The notes under the pieces are model-generated. The model was given only the letters and a program-made list of their open reading frames with translations, ran no database searches and had not been told where the DNA came from. Below, in pieces: positions 34,362-60,100 of a DNA stretch of 64,000 nt. Position numbers and translations under genes: made by a program. Origin of the DNA: Centroscyllium fabricii (taxonomy: Eukaryota); assembly GCA_051313645.2 (NCBI GenBank), contig JBNRSN020000017.1, positions 114,390,001 to 114,454,000 of the forward strand, given 5' to 3'. Numbering within the stretch: the first letter of the stretch is position 1; every line of letters begins with the position of its first letter.

Positions 34362-36229
34362 TGACACTGACACGGGCACAGACACGGCACGGGCATGGGT
34401 ACGGGCACGGACACTGGCACGGGCACGGACACGGGCACGGGCACTGACACTGACATGGGCATGGACACGGACACGGGCACGGACACTGGCACTGGCACGG
34501 GCACTGACACTGACACTGGCACGGGCACGGGCACGGACACGGGCACTGGCACGGGCACGGACATGGCCACGGGCATGGGCACGGACACTGACACTGACAC
34601 TGACACGGGCATGGGCACGGACACTGACACGGCACGGGCACGGACACTGGCATGGGCACGGGCACGGACACGGGCATGGGCATGGACACTGGCACTGGCA
34701 CGGGCACTGACACTGGCATGGGCACGGGCACGGACACGGGCACGGGCACGGACACGGCCACGGGCACGGGCACGGACACTGACACGAGCACGGACACGGA
34801 CACTGACACGAGCACGGACACGGACACTGACACGACACGGGCACGGACACTGGCACGGGCACTGACACTGACACTGGCACGGGCACGGGCACGGACACGG
34901 GCATGGGCACGGGCACTGACACTGGCATGGGCACGGGCACGGACACGGGCACGGACACGGCCACGGGCACGGACACTGACACTGACACTGACACTGGCAC
35001 GGGCACGGACACGGACACTGACACGGCACGGGCACGGACACGGGCACGGACACTGGCACGGGCACTGACACTGACACTGGCATGGGCACGGGCACGGACA
35101 CGGCCACGGGCACAGACATTGACACTGACACTGACACTGGCACGGGCACGGACACGGACACTGACATGGCACGGACACGGGCACGGACACTGGCACTGGC
35201 ACGGGCACTGACACTGACACTGGCATGGGCACGGGCACGGACACGGGCACGGGCACGGACACGGGCACGGGCACGGACACGGGCACGGGCACGGACACTG
35301 ACACTGACACTGACACGGCATGGGCACGGGCACGGACACGGGCACGGACACTGGCACGGGCACTGACACTGACACGGGCACGGACACGGACACGGCACGG
35401 GCACGGGCACGGACACTGGCACGGGCACGGACACGGGCACGGACACTGACACTGACACGGCATGGGCACGGGCACGGACACGGGCACGGACACTGGCACG
35501 GGCACTGACACTGACACGGACACGGACACGGACACGGCACGGGCTCGGGCACGGGCACGGACACTGGCACGGGCACGGACACGGGCACGGACACGGGCAC
35601 TGACACTGACATGGGCACGGACACGGACACGGACACGGGCATGGACACTGGCACTGGCACGGGCACTGACACTGACACTGGCACGGGCACGGACACGGAC
35701 ACTGACACGGCACGGACACGGGCACGGACACTGGCACGGGCACTGACACTGACACTGGCATGGGCACGGGCACGGACACGGGCACGGGCATGGACACGGG
35801 CATGGGCACTGACACTGACACTGACACTGACACGGCATGGGCACGGGCACGGACACGGGCACGGACACTGGCACGGGCACTGACACTGACACGGGCACGG
35901 ACATGGACACGGACACGGACACGGCACGGGCACGGGCACGGACACTGGCACGGGCACGGACACGGGCACGGACACGGGCACTGACACTGACATGGGCACG
36001 GACACGGACACGGACACGGGCATGGACACTGGCACTGGCACGGGCACTGACACTGACACTGGCACGGGCACGGGCACGGACACGGGCACGGGCACTGAAA
36101 CTGACACTGACACTGACATGGGCATGGGCACAGACACTGACACGGCACGGGCACGGGCATGGACACTGGCACGGGCACGGGCACGGACACGGGCATGGGC
36201 ACGGACACTGGCACGGGCACTGACACTGA

Positions 36230-46200
<9,971 letters not shown>

Positions 46201-46619
46201 GGACACGGACACGGACACGGACACGGACACTGACACTGACACTGACACGGACACTGACACTGACACTGGCACTGGCACGGGCACGGGCACGGGCACGGAC
46301 ACGGACACTGACACTGACACTGACACTGACACTGACACTGACACTGACACGGCCACGGACAGTGACACTGACACTGACACTGACACGGGCACGGGCACGG
46401 ACACTGACACTGACACTGACACTGACACTGACACTGACACTGACACGGCCACGGACAGTGACACTGACACTGACACTGACACGGACACGGACACTGACAC
46501 TGACACTGACACTGGCACGGGCACGGGCACTGACACTGACACGGACACTGACACTGACACTGGCACGGGCACTGACACTGACACTGACACTGACACTGAC
46601 ACGGGCACGGGCACGGACA

Positions 46620-47535
46620 CTGACACTGACACTGACACTGGCACGGGCACGGGCACGGGCACGGGCACTGACACTGACACTGACACTGACACTGACACGG
46701 ACACGGCCACGGACAGTGACACTGACACTGACACTGACACTGACACTGACACTGACACGGACAGTGACAGTGACACTGGCACGGGCACGGACACGGACAC
46801 TGACACTGACACGTGCACGGACACTGACACTGACACTGACACTGCCACGGACACTGACACTGACACTGACACTGACACTGACACTGACACTGACACTGAC
46901 ACTGACACTGCCACGGGCACGGACAGTGACACTGACACTGACACTGACACTGACACTGACACGGACACGGACACTGACACTGACACTGACACTGACACTG
47001 ACACGGACAGTGACACTGACACTGACACTGACACTGACACTGACACTGACACGGCCACGGGCACGGACAGTGACACTGACACTGACACTGACACTGACAC
47101 TGACACTGACACGGCCACGGGCACGGACAGTGACACTGGCACGGACACTGACACTGACACTGACACTGACACTGACACTGACACGGGCACGGACACTGAC
47201 ACTGACACTGACACTGACACTGACACTGACACGGCCACGGCCACGGCCACGGACACGGACACGGACACGGACACGGACACGGACACTGACACTGACACTG
47301 ACACTGACACGGGCACTGACACTGACACGGACACTGACACTGACACTGACACTGACACTGACACGGACACGGGCACGGGCACGGACACTGACACTGACAC
47401 TGACACTGACACTGACACTGACACTGACACGGCCACTGACACGGCCACGGGCACTGACACTGGCACGGGCACGGGCACGGACACGGACACGGACACTGAC
47501 ACTGACACTGACACGGGCACGGGCACGGGCACGGA

Positions 47536-47567
<32 letters not shown>

Positions 47568-49930
47568 CTGACACTGACACTGACACGGACACTGACACTG
47601 ACACTGACACTGACACTGACACGGACACGGGCACGGACACTGACACTGACACTGACACTGACACTGACACTGACACGGCCACGGACACGGCCACGGACAC
47701 GGACACGGACACGGACACGGACACGGACACGGACACTGACACTGACACTGACACGGGCACTGACACGGACACTGACACTGACACTGACACTGACACTGAC
47801 ACTGACACTGACACGGACACGGGCACGGGCACGGACACTGACACTGACACTGACACGGACACAGACACGGGCACGGGCACGGACACTGACACTGACACTG
47901 ACACTGACACTGACACGGCCACTGACACGGCCACGGGCACTGACACTGGCACGGGCACGGGCACGGACACGGACACGGACACTGACACTGACACTGACAC
48001 GGGCACGGGCACGGGCACGGACACGGACACGGGCACGGGCACGGACACTGACACTGACACTGACACTGACACTGACACTGACACTGGCACTGACACTGGC
48101 ACGGGCACGGACACGGACACGGACACTGACACTGACACTGACACTGACACTGACACTGACACTGACACTGACACGGACACGGACACGGACACGGACACTG
48201 ACACTGACACTGACACTGACACGGCCACTGACACGGCCACGGGCACTGACACTGGCACGGGCACGGGCACGGACACGGACACTGACACTGACACTGGCAC
48301 GGGCACGGGCACGGGCACGGGCACTGACACTGACACTGACACTGACACTGACACGGACACGGCCACGGACAGTGACACTGACACTGACACTGACACTGAC
48401 ACTGACACTGACACGGACAGTGACAGTGACAGTGACACTGGCACGGGCACGGACACGGACACTGACACTGACACGTGCACGGACACTGACACTGACACTG
48501 ACACTGCCACGGACACTGACACTGACACTGACACTGACACTGACACTGACACTGACACTGACACTGACACTGCCACGGGCACGGACAGTGACACTGACAC
48601 TGACACTGACACTGACACTGACACGGACACGGACACTGACACTGACACTGACACTGACACTGACACGGACAGTGACACTGACACTGACACTGACACTGAC
48701 ACTGACACTGACACTGACACGGCCACGGGCACGGACAGTGACACTGACACTGACACTGACACTGACACTGACACTGACACGGCCACGGGCACGGACAGTG
48801 ACACTGGCACGGACACTGACACTGACACTGACACTGACACTGACACTGACACTGACACGGGCACGGACACTGACACTGACACTGACACTGACACTGACAC
48901 TGACACGGCCACGGCCACGGCCACGGACACGGACACGGACACGGACACGGACACGGACACGGACACTGACACTGACACTGACACGGGCACTGACACTGAC
49001 ACGGACACTGACACTGACACTGACACGGACACGGGCACGGGCACGGACACTGACACTGACACTGACACGGCCACTGACACGGCCACGGGCACTGACACTG
49101 GCACGGGCACGGGCACGGACACGGACACGGACACTGACACTGACACTGACACGGGCACGGGCACGGGCACGGACACGGACACGGACACGGACACGGGCAC
49201 GGGCACGGACACTGACACTGACACTGACACGGACACTGACACTGACACTGACACTGACACTGACACTGACACGGGCACGGACACTGACACTGACACTGAC
49301 ACTGACACTGACACGGCCACGGACACGGCCACGGACACGGACACGGACACGGACACGGACACGGACACGGACACTGACACTGACACTGACACGGGCACTG
49401 ACACGGACACTGACACTGACACTGACACTGACACTGACACTGACACGGACACGGGCACGGGCACGGGCACGGACACTGACACTGACACTGACACGGACAC
49501 GGACACGGGCACGGGCACGGACACTGACACTGACACTGACACTGACACTGACACGGCCACTGACACGGCCACGGGCACTGACACTGGCACGGGCACGGGC
49601 ACGGACACGGACACGGACACTGACACTGACACTGACACGGGCACGGGCACGGGCACGGACACGGACACGGGCACGGGCACGGACACTGACACTGACACTG
49701 ACACTGACACTGACACTGACACTGGCACTGACACTGGCACGGGCACGGACACGGACACGGACACTGACACTGACACTGACACTGACACTGACACTGACAC
49801 TGACACTGACACGGACACGGACACGGACACGGACACTGACACTGACACTGACACTGACACGGCCACTGACACGGCCACGGGCACTGACACTGGCACGGGC
49901 ACGGGCACGGACACGGACACTGACACTGAC
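46620..49930 (+). repeat. ~1.65-kb tandem duplication marked by GACAGT and TGCACG units
   Basis: TGCACG at 46814/48476. GACAGT series 46712, 46760, 46922, 47006, 47066, 47126 is matched by 48368, 48416, 48584, 48668, 48734, 48794. Confidence 0.9.
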
Positions 49931-50013
49931 ACTGACACGGGCACGGACACGGACACGGACACGGACACGGACACGGACACTGGCACGGGCACGGGCACGG
50001 GCACGGGCACGGA

Positions 50014-50045
<32 letters not shown>

Positions 50046-50339
50046 CTGACACTGACACTGACACTGACACTGACACTGACACGGCCACTGACACGGCCAC
50101 GGGCACTGACACTGGCACGGGCACGGGCACGGACACGGACACTGACACTGACACGGGCACGGGCACGGGCACGGGCACGGACACGGACACGGACACGGAC
50201 ACGGACACGGACACGGACACGGACACGGACACTGGCACGGACACTGACACTGACACTGACACTGACACTGACACTGACACTGACACTGACACTGACACGG
50301 GCACTGACACTGGCACGGGCACGGACACTGACACTGACA

Positions 50340-50445
50340 CTGACACTGACACGGGCACGGACACTGACACTGACACTGACACTGACACGGGCACTGACAC
50401 TGGCACGGACACTGACACTGACACTGACACTGACACTGACACTGA

Positions 50446-50477
<32 letters not shown>

Positions 50478-52371
50478 CTGACACTGACACTGACACTGAC
50501 ACTGACACGGCCACTGACACGGGCACTGACACTGACACTGGCACGGGCACGGGCACGGACACGGACACGGACACTGACACTGACACTGACACGGGCACGG
50601 GCACGGGCACGGACACGGACACGGACACGGACACGGACACGGACACTGACACTGACACTGACACTGACACTGACACTGACACTGACACGGACACGGGCAC
50701 GGACACTGACACTGACACTGACACTGACACTGACACGGCCACTGACACGGCCACGGGCACTGACACTGACACTGGCACGGGCACGGGCACGGACACGGAC
50801 ACGGACACTGACACTGACACTGACACGGGCACGGGCACGGACACGGACACGGACACGGACACGGACACGGACACTGACACTGACACTGACACTGACACTG
50901 ACACTGACACTGACACGGACACGGGCACGGACACTGACACTGACACTGACACTGACACTGACACGGCCACTGACACGGCCACGGGCACTGACACTGACAC
51001 TGGCACGGGCACGGGCACGGACACGGACACGGACACTGACACTGACACTGACACGGGCACGGGCACGGGCACGGACACGGACACGGACACGGACACGGAC
51101 ACGGACACTGGCACTGGCACGGGCACGGGCACGGACACGGACACGGACACGGACACTGGCACGGACACTGACACTGACACTGACACTGACACTGACACTG
51201 ACACTGACACGGACACGGACACGGACACGGGCACTGACACTGACACTGACACTGACACTGACACGGCCACTGACACGGCCACGGGCACTGACACTGGCAC
51301 GGACACGGACACTGACACTGACACTGACACTGACACGGACACGGACACGGACACGGACACGGACACGGACACGGACACTGACACTGACACTGACACTGAC
51401 ACTGACACGGCCACTGGCACGGACACTGACACTGACACGGGCACGGGCACGGGCACGGGCACGGACACTGACACTGACACTGACACTGCCACGGGCACGG
51501 ACACTGGCACGGACACTGACACTGACACTGACACTGACACGGACACGGACACGGACACGGACACGGACACGGACACTGACACTGACACTGACACTGACAC
51601 TGACACGGCCACTGGCACGGACACGGACACGGACACGGGCACGGGCACGGACACTGACACTGACACTGACACTGCCACGGGCACGGACACTGGCACGGAC
51701 ACTGACACTGACACTGACACTGACACTGACACGGACACGGACACGGACACGGACACGGACACTGACACTGACACGGACACGGACACGGACACGGACACGG
51801 ACACGGACACTGACACTGACACTGACACTGACACTGACACTGACACGGACACTGACACTGACACTGACACTGACACGGACACGGACACGGACACGGACAC
51901 TGACACTGACACTGACACTGACACTGACACGGACACTGACACTGACACTGACACGGACACGGACACGGACACTGACACTGACACTGACACTGACACTGAC
52001 ACTGACACGGACACGGACACGGACACGGACACTGACACTGACACTGACACTGACACGGCCACTGGCACGGACACTGACACTGACACGGACACGGGCACGG
52101 GCACGGACACGGACACTGACACTGACACTGACACTGACACTGCCACGGGCACTGACACTGGCACGGACACTGACACTGACACGGACACGGACACGGACAC
52201 GGACACGGACACTGACACTGACACTGACACGGACACGGACACGGACACGGACACTGACACTGACACTGACACTGACACGGGCACGGACACTGACACTGAC
52301 ACTGACACTGACACGGGCACTGACACTGGCACGGACACTGACACTGACACTGACACTGACACTGACACTGA

Positions 52372-52403
<32 letters not shown>

Positions 52404-53860
52404 CTGACACTGACACTGACACTGACACTGACACGGCCACTGACACGGGCACTGACACTGACACTGGCACGGGCACGGGCACGGACACGGACACGGACAC
52501 TGACACTGACACGGGCACGGGCACGGGCACGGACACGGACACGGACACGGACACGGACACGGACACGGACACTGACACTGACACTGACACTGACACTGAC
52601 ACTGACACTGACACTGACACGGACACGGGCACGGACACTGACACTGACACTGACACTGACACTGACACGGCCACTGACACGGCCACGGGCACTGACACTG
52701 ACACTGGCACGGGCACGGGCACGGACACGGACACGGACACTGACACTGACACTGACACGGGCACGGGCACGGGCACGGACACGGACACGGACACGGACAC
52801 GGACACGGACACGGACACTGGCACTGGCACGGGCACGGGCACGGACACGGACACGGACACGGACACTGGCACGGACACTGACACTGACACTGACACTGAC
52901 ACTGACACTGACACGGACACGGACACGGACACGGGCACTGACACTGACACTGACACTGACACTGACACGGCCACTGACACGGCCACGGGCACTGACACTG
53001 GCACGGACACGGACACTGACACTGACACTGACACTGACACGGACACGGACACGGACACGGACACGGACACGGACACTGACACTGACACTGACACTGACAC
53101 TGACACGGCCACTGGCACGGACACTGACACTGACACGGGCACGGGCACGGGCACGGGCACGGACACGGACACTGACACTGACACTGACACTGCCACGGGC
53201 ACGGACACTGGCACGGACACTGACACTGACACTGACACGGACACGGACACGGACACGGACACGGACACGGACACTGACACTGACACTGACACTGACACTG
53301 ACACGGCCACTGGCACGGACACGGACACGGACACGGGCACGGGCACGGACACTGACACTGACACTGACACTGCCACGGGCACGGACACTGGCACGGACAC
53401 TGACACTGACACTGACACTGACACGGACACGGACACGGACACGGACACGGACACTGACACTGACACTGACACTGACACGGACACGGACACGGACACGGAC
53501 ACTGACACTGACACTGACACTGACACTGACACTGACACGGACACTGACACTGACACTGACACTGACACTGACACGGACACGGACACGGACACGGACACGG
53601 ACACTGACACTGACACTGACACTGACACTGACACGGACACTGACACTGACACGGACACGGACACGGACACGGACACTGACACTGACACTGACACTGACAC
53701 TGACACTGACACGGACACTGACACTGACACTGACACTGACACGGCCACTGGCACGGACACTGACACTGACACGGACACGGGCACGGGCACGGACACGGAC
53801 ACTGACACTGACACTGACACTGACACTGCCACGGGCACTGACACTGGCACGGACACTGAC
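50340..53860 (+). repeat. ~1.7-1.9-kb tandem duplication
   Basis: Same order of GCC/GGC cassettes, e.g. GCCACT-GGCACG followed by (GGCACG)4 at 51410/53108. The repeated block is also visible in the minus-strand ORF translation. Confidence 0.8.
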
Positions 53861-56800
53861 ACGGACACGGACACGGACACGGACACGGACACGGACACGG
53901 ACACGGACACTGACACTGACACGGACACGGACACGGACACGGACACGGACACGGACACGGACACTGACACGGACACGGACACGGACACGGACACGGACAC
54001 GGACACGGACACGGACACGGACACTGACACTGACACTGACACTGACACTGACACGGACACGGACACGGACACGGACACTGACACTGACACGGACACGGAC
54101 ACGGACACGGACACGGACACGGACACGGACACGGACACGGACACGGACACGGACACTGACACGGACACGGACACGGACACGGACACGGACACGGACACGG
54201 ACACTGACACTGACACGGACACGGACACGGACACGGACACGGACACGGACACGGACACGGACACGGACACGGACACTGACACGGACACGGACACGGACAC
54301 GGACACGGACACGGACACGGACACGGACACTGACACTGACACGGACACGGACACGGACACGGACACGGACACGGACACTGACACTGACACTGACACTGAC
54401 ACTGACACGGACACGGACACTGACACTGACACGGACACGGACACTGACACTGACACTGACACGGACACGGACACGGACACGGACACTGACACTGACACTG
54501 ACACTGACACGGACACGGACACGGACACGGACACTGACACTGACACTGACACTGACACTGACACTGCCACTGGCACGGACACTGACACTGACACTGACAC
54601 TGACACTGACACTGACACTGACACTGACACTGACACTGCCACGGGCACTGACACTGACACTGACACTGACACTGACACGGACACGGACACGGACACGGAC
54701 ACGGACACGGACACGGACACTGACACTGACACTGACACTGACACTGACACGGACACGGACACTGACACGGACACGGACACGGACACGGACACGGACACGG
54801 ACACGGACACTGACACTGACACTGACACGGACACGGACACGGACACTGACACTGACACTGACACGGACACGGACACGGACACGGCCACGGGCACTGACAC
54901 TGACACTGGCACGGGCACGGACACTGACACTGACACTGACACTGGCACGGGCACGGGCACGGACACTGACACTGACACTGACACTGACACGGGCACGGGC
55001 ACGGACACTGACACTGACACTGACACTGACACGGACACGGACACTGACACTGACACGGACACGGACACTGACACGGACACGGACACGGACACGGACACGG
55101 CCACTGACACGGCCACGGGCACTGACACTGACACTGCCACGGGCACGGACACTGACACTGACACGGACACGGACACGGACACGGACACTGACACTGACAC
55201 TGACACTGACACGGACACGGACACGGACACTGACACTGACACTGACACTGACACGGACACTGACACTGACACGGACACGGACACGGACACGGACACGGAC
55301 ACTGACACTGACACGGACACGGACACGGACACGGACACTGACACTGACACTGACACTGACACTGACACGGACACGGACACGGACACTGACACTGACACTG
55401 ACACTGACACGGACACTGACACTGACACTGACACGGACACTGACACTGACACTGACACTGACACTGACACGGACACGGACACGGACACGGACACTGACAC
55501 TGACACTGACACTGACACGGACACGGACACGGACACTGACACTGACACTGACACTGACACGGACACGGACACGGACACGGACACTGACACTGACACTGAC
55601 ACTGACACGGACACGGACACGGCCACTGACACGGCCACGGGCACTGACACTGACACGGGCACTGACACGGACACTGACACTGACACTGACACGGACACGG
55701 ACACGGACACGGACACTGACACTGACACGGACACGGACACGGACACTGACACTGACACTGACACTGACACTGACACGGACACGGACACGGCCACTGACAC
55801 GGCCACGGACACTGACACGGACACGGACACGGACACGGACACTGACACTGACACTGACACTGACACGGACACTGACACGGACACTGACACTGACACTGAC
55901 ACTGACACGGACACGGCCACTGACACGGCCACGGGCACTGACACTGACACGGCCACGGGCACTGACACTGACACGGACACGGACACGGACACTGACACGG
56001 ACACGGACACGGACACGGACACTGACACTGACACGGACACGGACACGGACACGGACACGGACACGGACACTGACACTGACACTGACACGGACACGGACAC
56101 TGACACTGACACTGACACGGACACGGACACGGACACTGACACTGACACTGACACTGACACGGACACGGACACGGACACGGACACGGACACTGACACTGAC
56201 ACTGACACGGACACGGACACGGACACGGCCACTGACACGGCCACGGGCACGGACACTGACACTGACACGGACACGGACACGGACACGGACACGGACACTG
56301 ACACTGACACTGACACGGACACGGACACGGACACTGACACTGACACGGACACGGACACGGACACTGACACTGACACTGACACTGACACGGACACGGACAC
56401 GGACACGGACACGGACACGGACACTGACACTGACACTGACACGGACACGGACACGGACACGGCCACTGACACGGCCACGGGCACGGACACTGACACTGAC
56501 ACGGACACGGACACGGACACGGACACTGACACTGACACTGACACGGACACGGACACGGACACGGACACGGACACGGACACTGACACTGACACTGACACTG
56601 ACACTGACACTGACACGGACACGGCCACTGACACGGCCACGGGCACTGACACGGACACGGCCACGGGCACTGACACTGGCACTGACACTGACACGGACAC
56701 TGACACGGACACGGACACGGACACTGACACTGACACTGACACGGACACGGACACGGACACTGACACTGACACTGACACTGACACTGACACGGACACGGAC

Positions 56801-58699
56801 ACTGACACGGACACGGACACGGACACTGACACTGACACTGACACGGACACGGACACGGCCACTGACACGGCCACGGGCACTGACACTGACACGGCCACGG
56901 GCACTGACACTGGCACTGACACTGACACGGACACGGACACGGACACGGACACGGACACTGACACTGACACTGACACGGACACGGACACGGACACGGACAC
57001 TGACACTGACACTGACACGGACACGGACACTGACACTGACACTGACACGGACACGGACACGGACACTGACACTGACACTGACACTGACACGGACACGGAC
57101 ACGGACACGGCCACTGACACGGCCACGGGCACTGACACTGACACTGCCACGGGCACTGACACTGACACGGACACGGACACGGACACGGACACTGACACTG
57201 ACACTGACACTGACACGGACACGGACACGGACACGGACACTGACACTGACACTGACACTGACACGGACACGGACACGGACACGGACACTGACACTGACAC
57301 TGACACGGACACGGACACTGACACTGACACGGACACTGACACTGACACTGACACGGACACGGACACGGCCACTGACACGGCCACGGGCACTGACACTGAC
57401 ACTGCCACGGGCACTGACACTGACACGGACACGGACACGGACACGGACACTGACACTGACACGGACACGGACACGGACACTGACACTGACACTGACACTG
57501 ACACTGACACGGACACGGACACGGACACGGACACGGACACGGACACTGACACTGACACTGACACTGACACTGACACGGACACGGACACGGACACTGACAC
57601 TGACACGGACACGGACACGGACACTGACACTGACACTGACACGGACACGGACACGGACACGGCCACTGACACGGCCACGGGCACTGACACTGACACTGAC
57701 ACTGCCACAGGCACTGACACTGACACTGACACGGACACGGACACGGACACTGACACTGACACTGACACTGACACTGACACGGACACGGACACGGACACGG
57801 ACACTGACACTGACACTGACACGGACACGGACACGGACACGGACACTGACACTGACACGGACACGGACACGGACACTGACACTGACACTGACACGGACAC
57901 GGACACGGACACGGCCACTGACACGGCCACGGGCACTGACACTGACACTGACACTGCCACAGGCACTGACACGGACACGGACACGGACACGGACACGGAC
58001 ACTGACACGGACACGGACACGGACACGGACACGGACACTGACACTGACACGGACACGGACACGGACACGGACACGGACACGGACACGGACACGGACACTG
58101 ACACGGACACGGACACGGACACGGACACGGACACGGACACTGACACTGACACTGACACGGACACGGACACGGACACGGACACTGACACTGACACGGACAC
58201 GGACACGGACACTGACACTGACACTGACACTGACACGGACACGGACACTGACACTGACACGGACACGGACACGGACACTGACACGGACACGGACACGGAC
58301 ACGGACACGGACACTGACACTGACACGGACACGGACACTGACACTGACACTGACACTGACACTGACACTGACACGGACACGGACACTGACACGGACACGG
58401 ACACGGACACGGACACGGACACTGACACTGACACGGACACGGACACTGACACTGACACTGACACGGACACGGACACGGACACTGACACTGACACTGACAC
58501 GGACACGGACACGGACACTGACACTGACACTGACACGGACACTGACACTGACACTGACACTGACACTGACACGGACACGGACACGGACACTGACACGGAC
58601 ACGGACACGGACACTGACACGGACACGGACACGGACACGGACACGGACACTGACACTGACACTGACACTGACACGGGCACTGACACTGACACGGGCACT

Positions 58700-60100
58700 G
58701 ACACGGACACTGACACTGACACTGGCACGGACACGGACACGGACACGGACACGGACACTGACACGGACACGGACACGGACACTGACACTGACACTGGCAC
58801 GGACACGGACACGGACACGGACACGGACACTGACACGGACACGGACACTGACACTGACACTGGCACGGACACGGACACGGACACGGACACGGACACTGAC
58901 ACGGACACGGACACGGACACGGACACTGACACGGACACGGACACGGACACGGACACGGACACGGACACGGACACGGACACGGACACTGACACGGACACGG
59001 ACACGGACACGGACACGGACACTGACACTGACACGGACACGGACACGGACACGGACACTGACACTGACACTGACACGGACACGGACACGGACACTGACAC
59101 GGACACGGACACGGACACTGACACTGACACTGACACGGGCACGGGCACGGGCACGGGCACGGACACTGACACTGACACTGACACGGACACGGACACGGAC
59201 ACGGACACGGACACGGACACTGACACTGACACTGGCACGGACACGGACACGGACACGGACACGGACACTGACACGGACACGGACACGGACACTGACACTG
59301 ACACTGGCACGGACACGGACACGGACACGGACACGGACACTGACACGGACACGGACACTGACACTGACACTGGCACGGACACGGACACGGACACGGACAC
59401 GGACACTGACACGGACACGGACACGGACACGGACACGGACACGGACACGGACACGGACACGGACACGGACACTGACACTGACACGGACACGGACACGGAC
59501 ACGGACACTGACACTGACACGGACACGGACACGGACACGGACACTGACACGGACACGGACACGGACACTGACACTGACACGGGCACGGGCACGGGCACGG
59601 GCACGGACACTGACACTGACACTGACACGGACACGGACACGGACACGGACACGGACACGGACACTGACACTGACACTGGCACGGACACGGACACGGACAC
59701 GGACACGGACACTGACACGGACACGGACACTGACACTGACACTGGCACGGACACGGACACGGACACGGACACGGACACTGACACGGACACGGACACGGAC
59801 ACTGACACGGACACGGACACGGACACGGACACGGACACGGACACGGACACTGACACGGACACGGACACGGACACGGACACGGACACGGACACTGACACTG
59901 ACACGGACACGGACACGGACACGGACACTGACACTGACACTGACACGGACACGGACACGGACACTGACACGGACACGGACACGGACACTGACACTGACAC
60001 TGACACGGGCACGGGCACGGGCACGGGCACGGACACTGACACTGACACTGACACGGACACGGACACGGACACGGACACGGACACGGACACTGACACTGAC
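58700..60100 (+). repeat. ~430-bp higher-order repeat, three copies
   Basis: (GGCACG)4 blocks at 59138, 59582, 60008. Each is preceded by isolated GGCACG units 66-72 bp apart (58724/58796/58862; 59234/59306/59372; 59678/59744). Confidence 0.85.
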
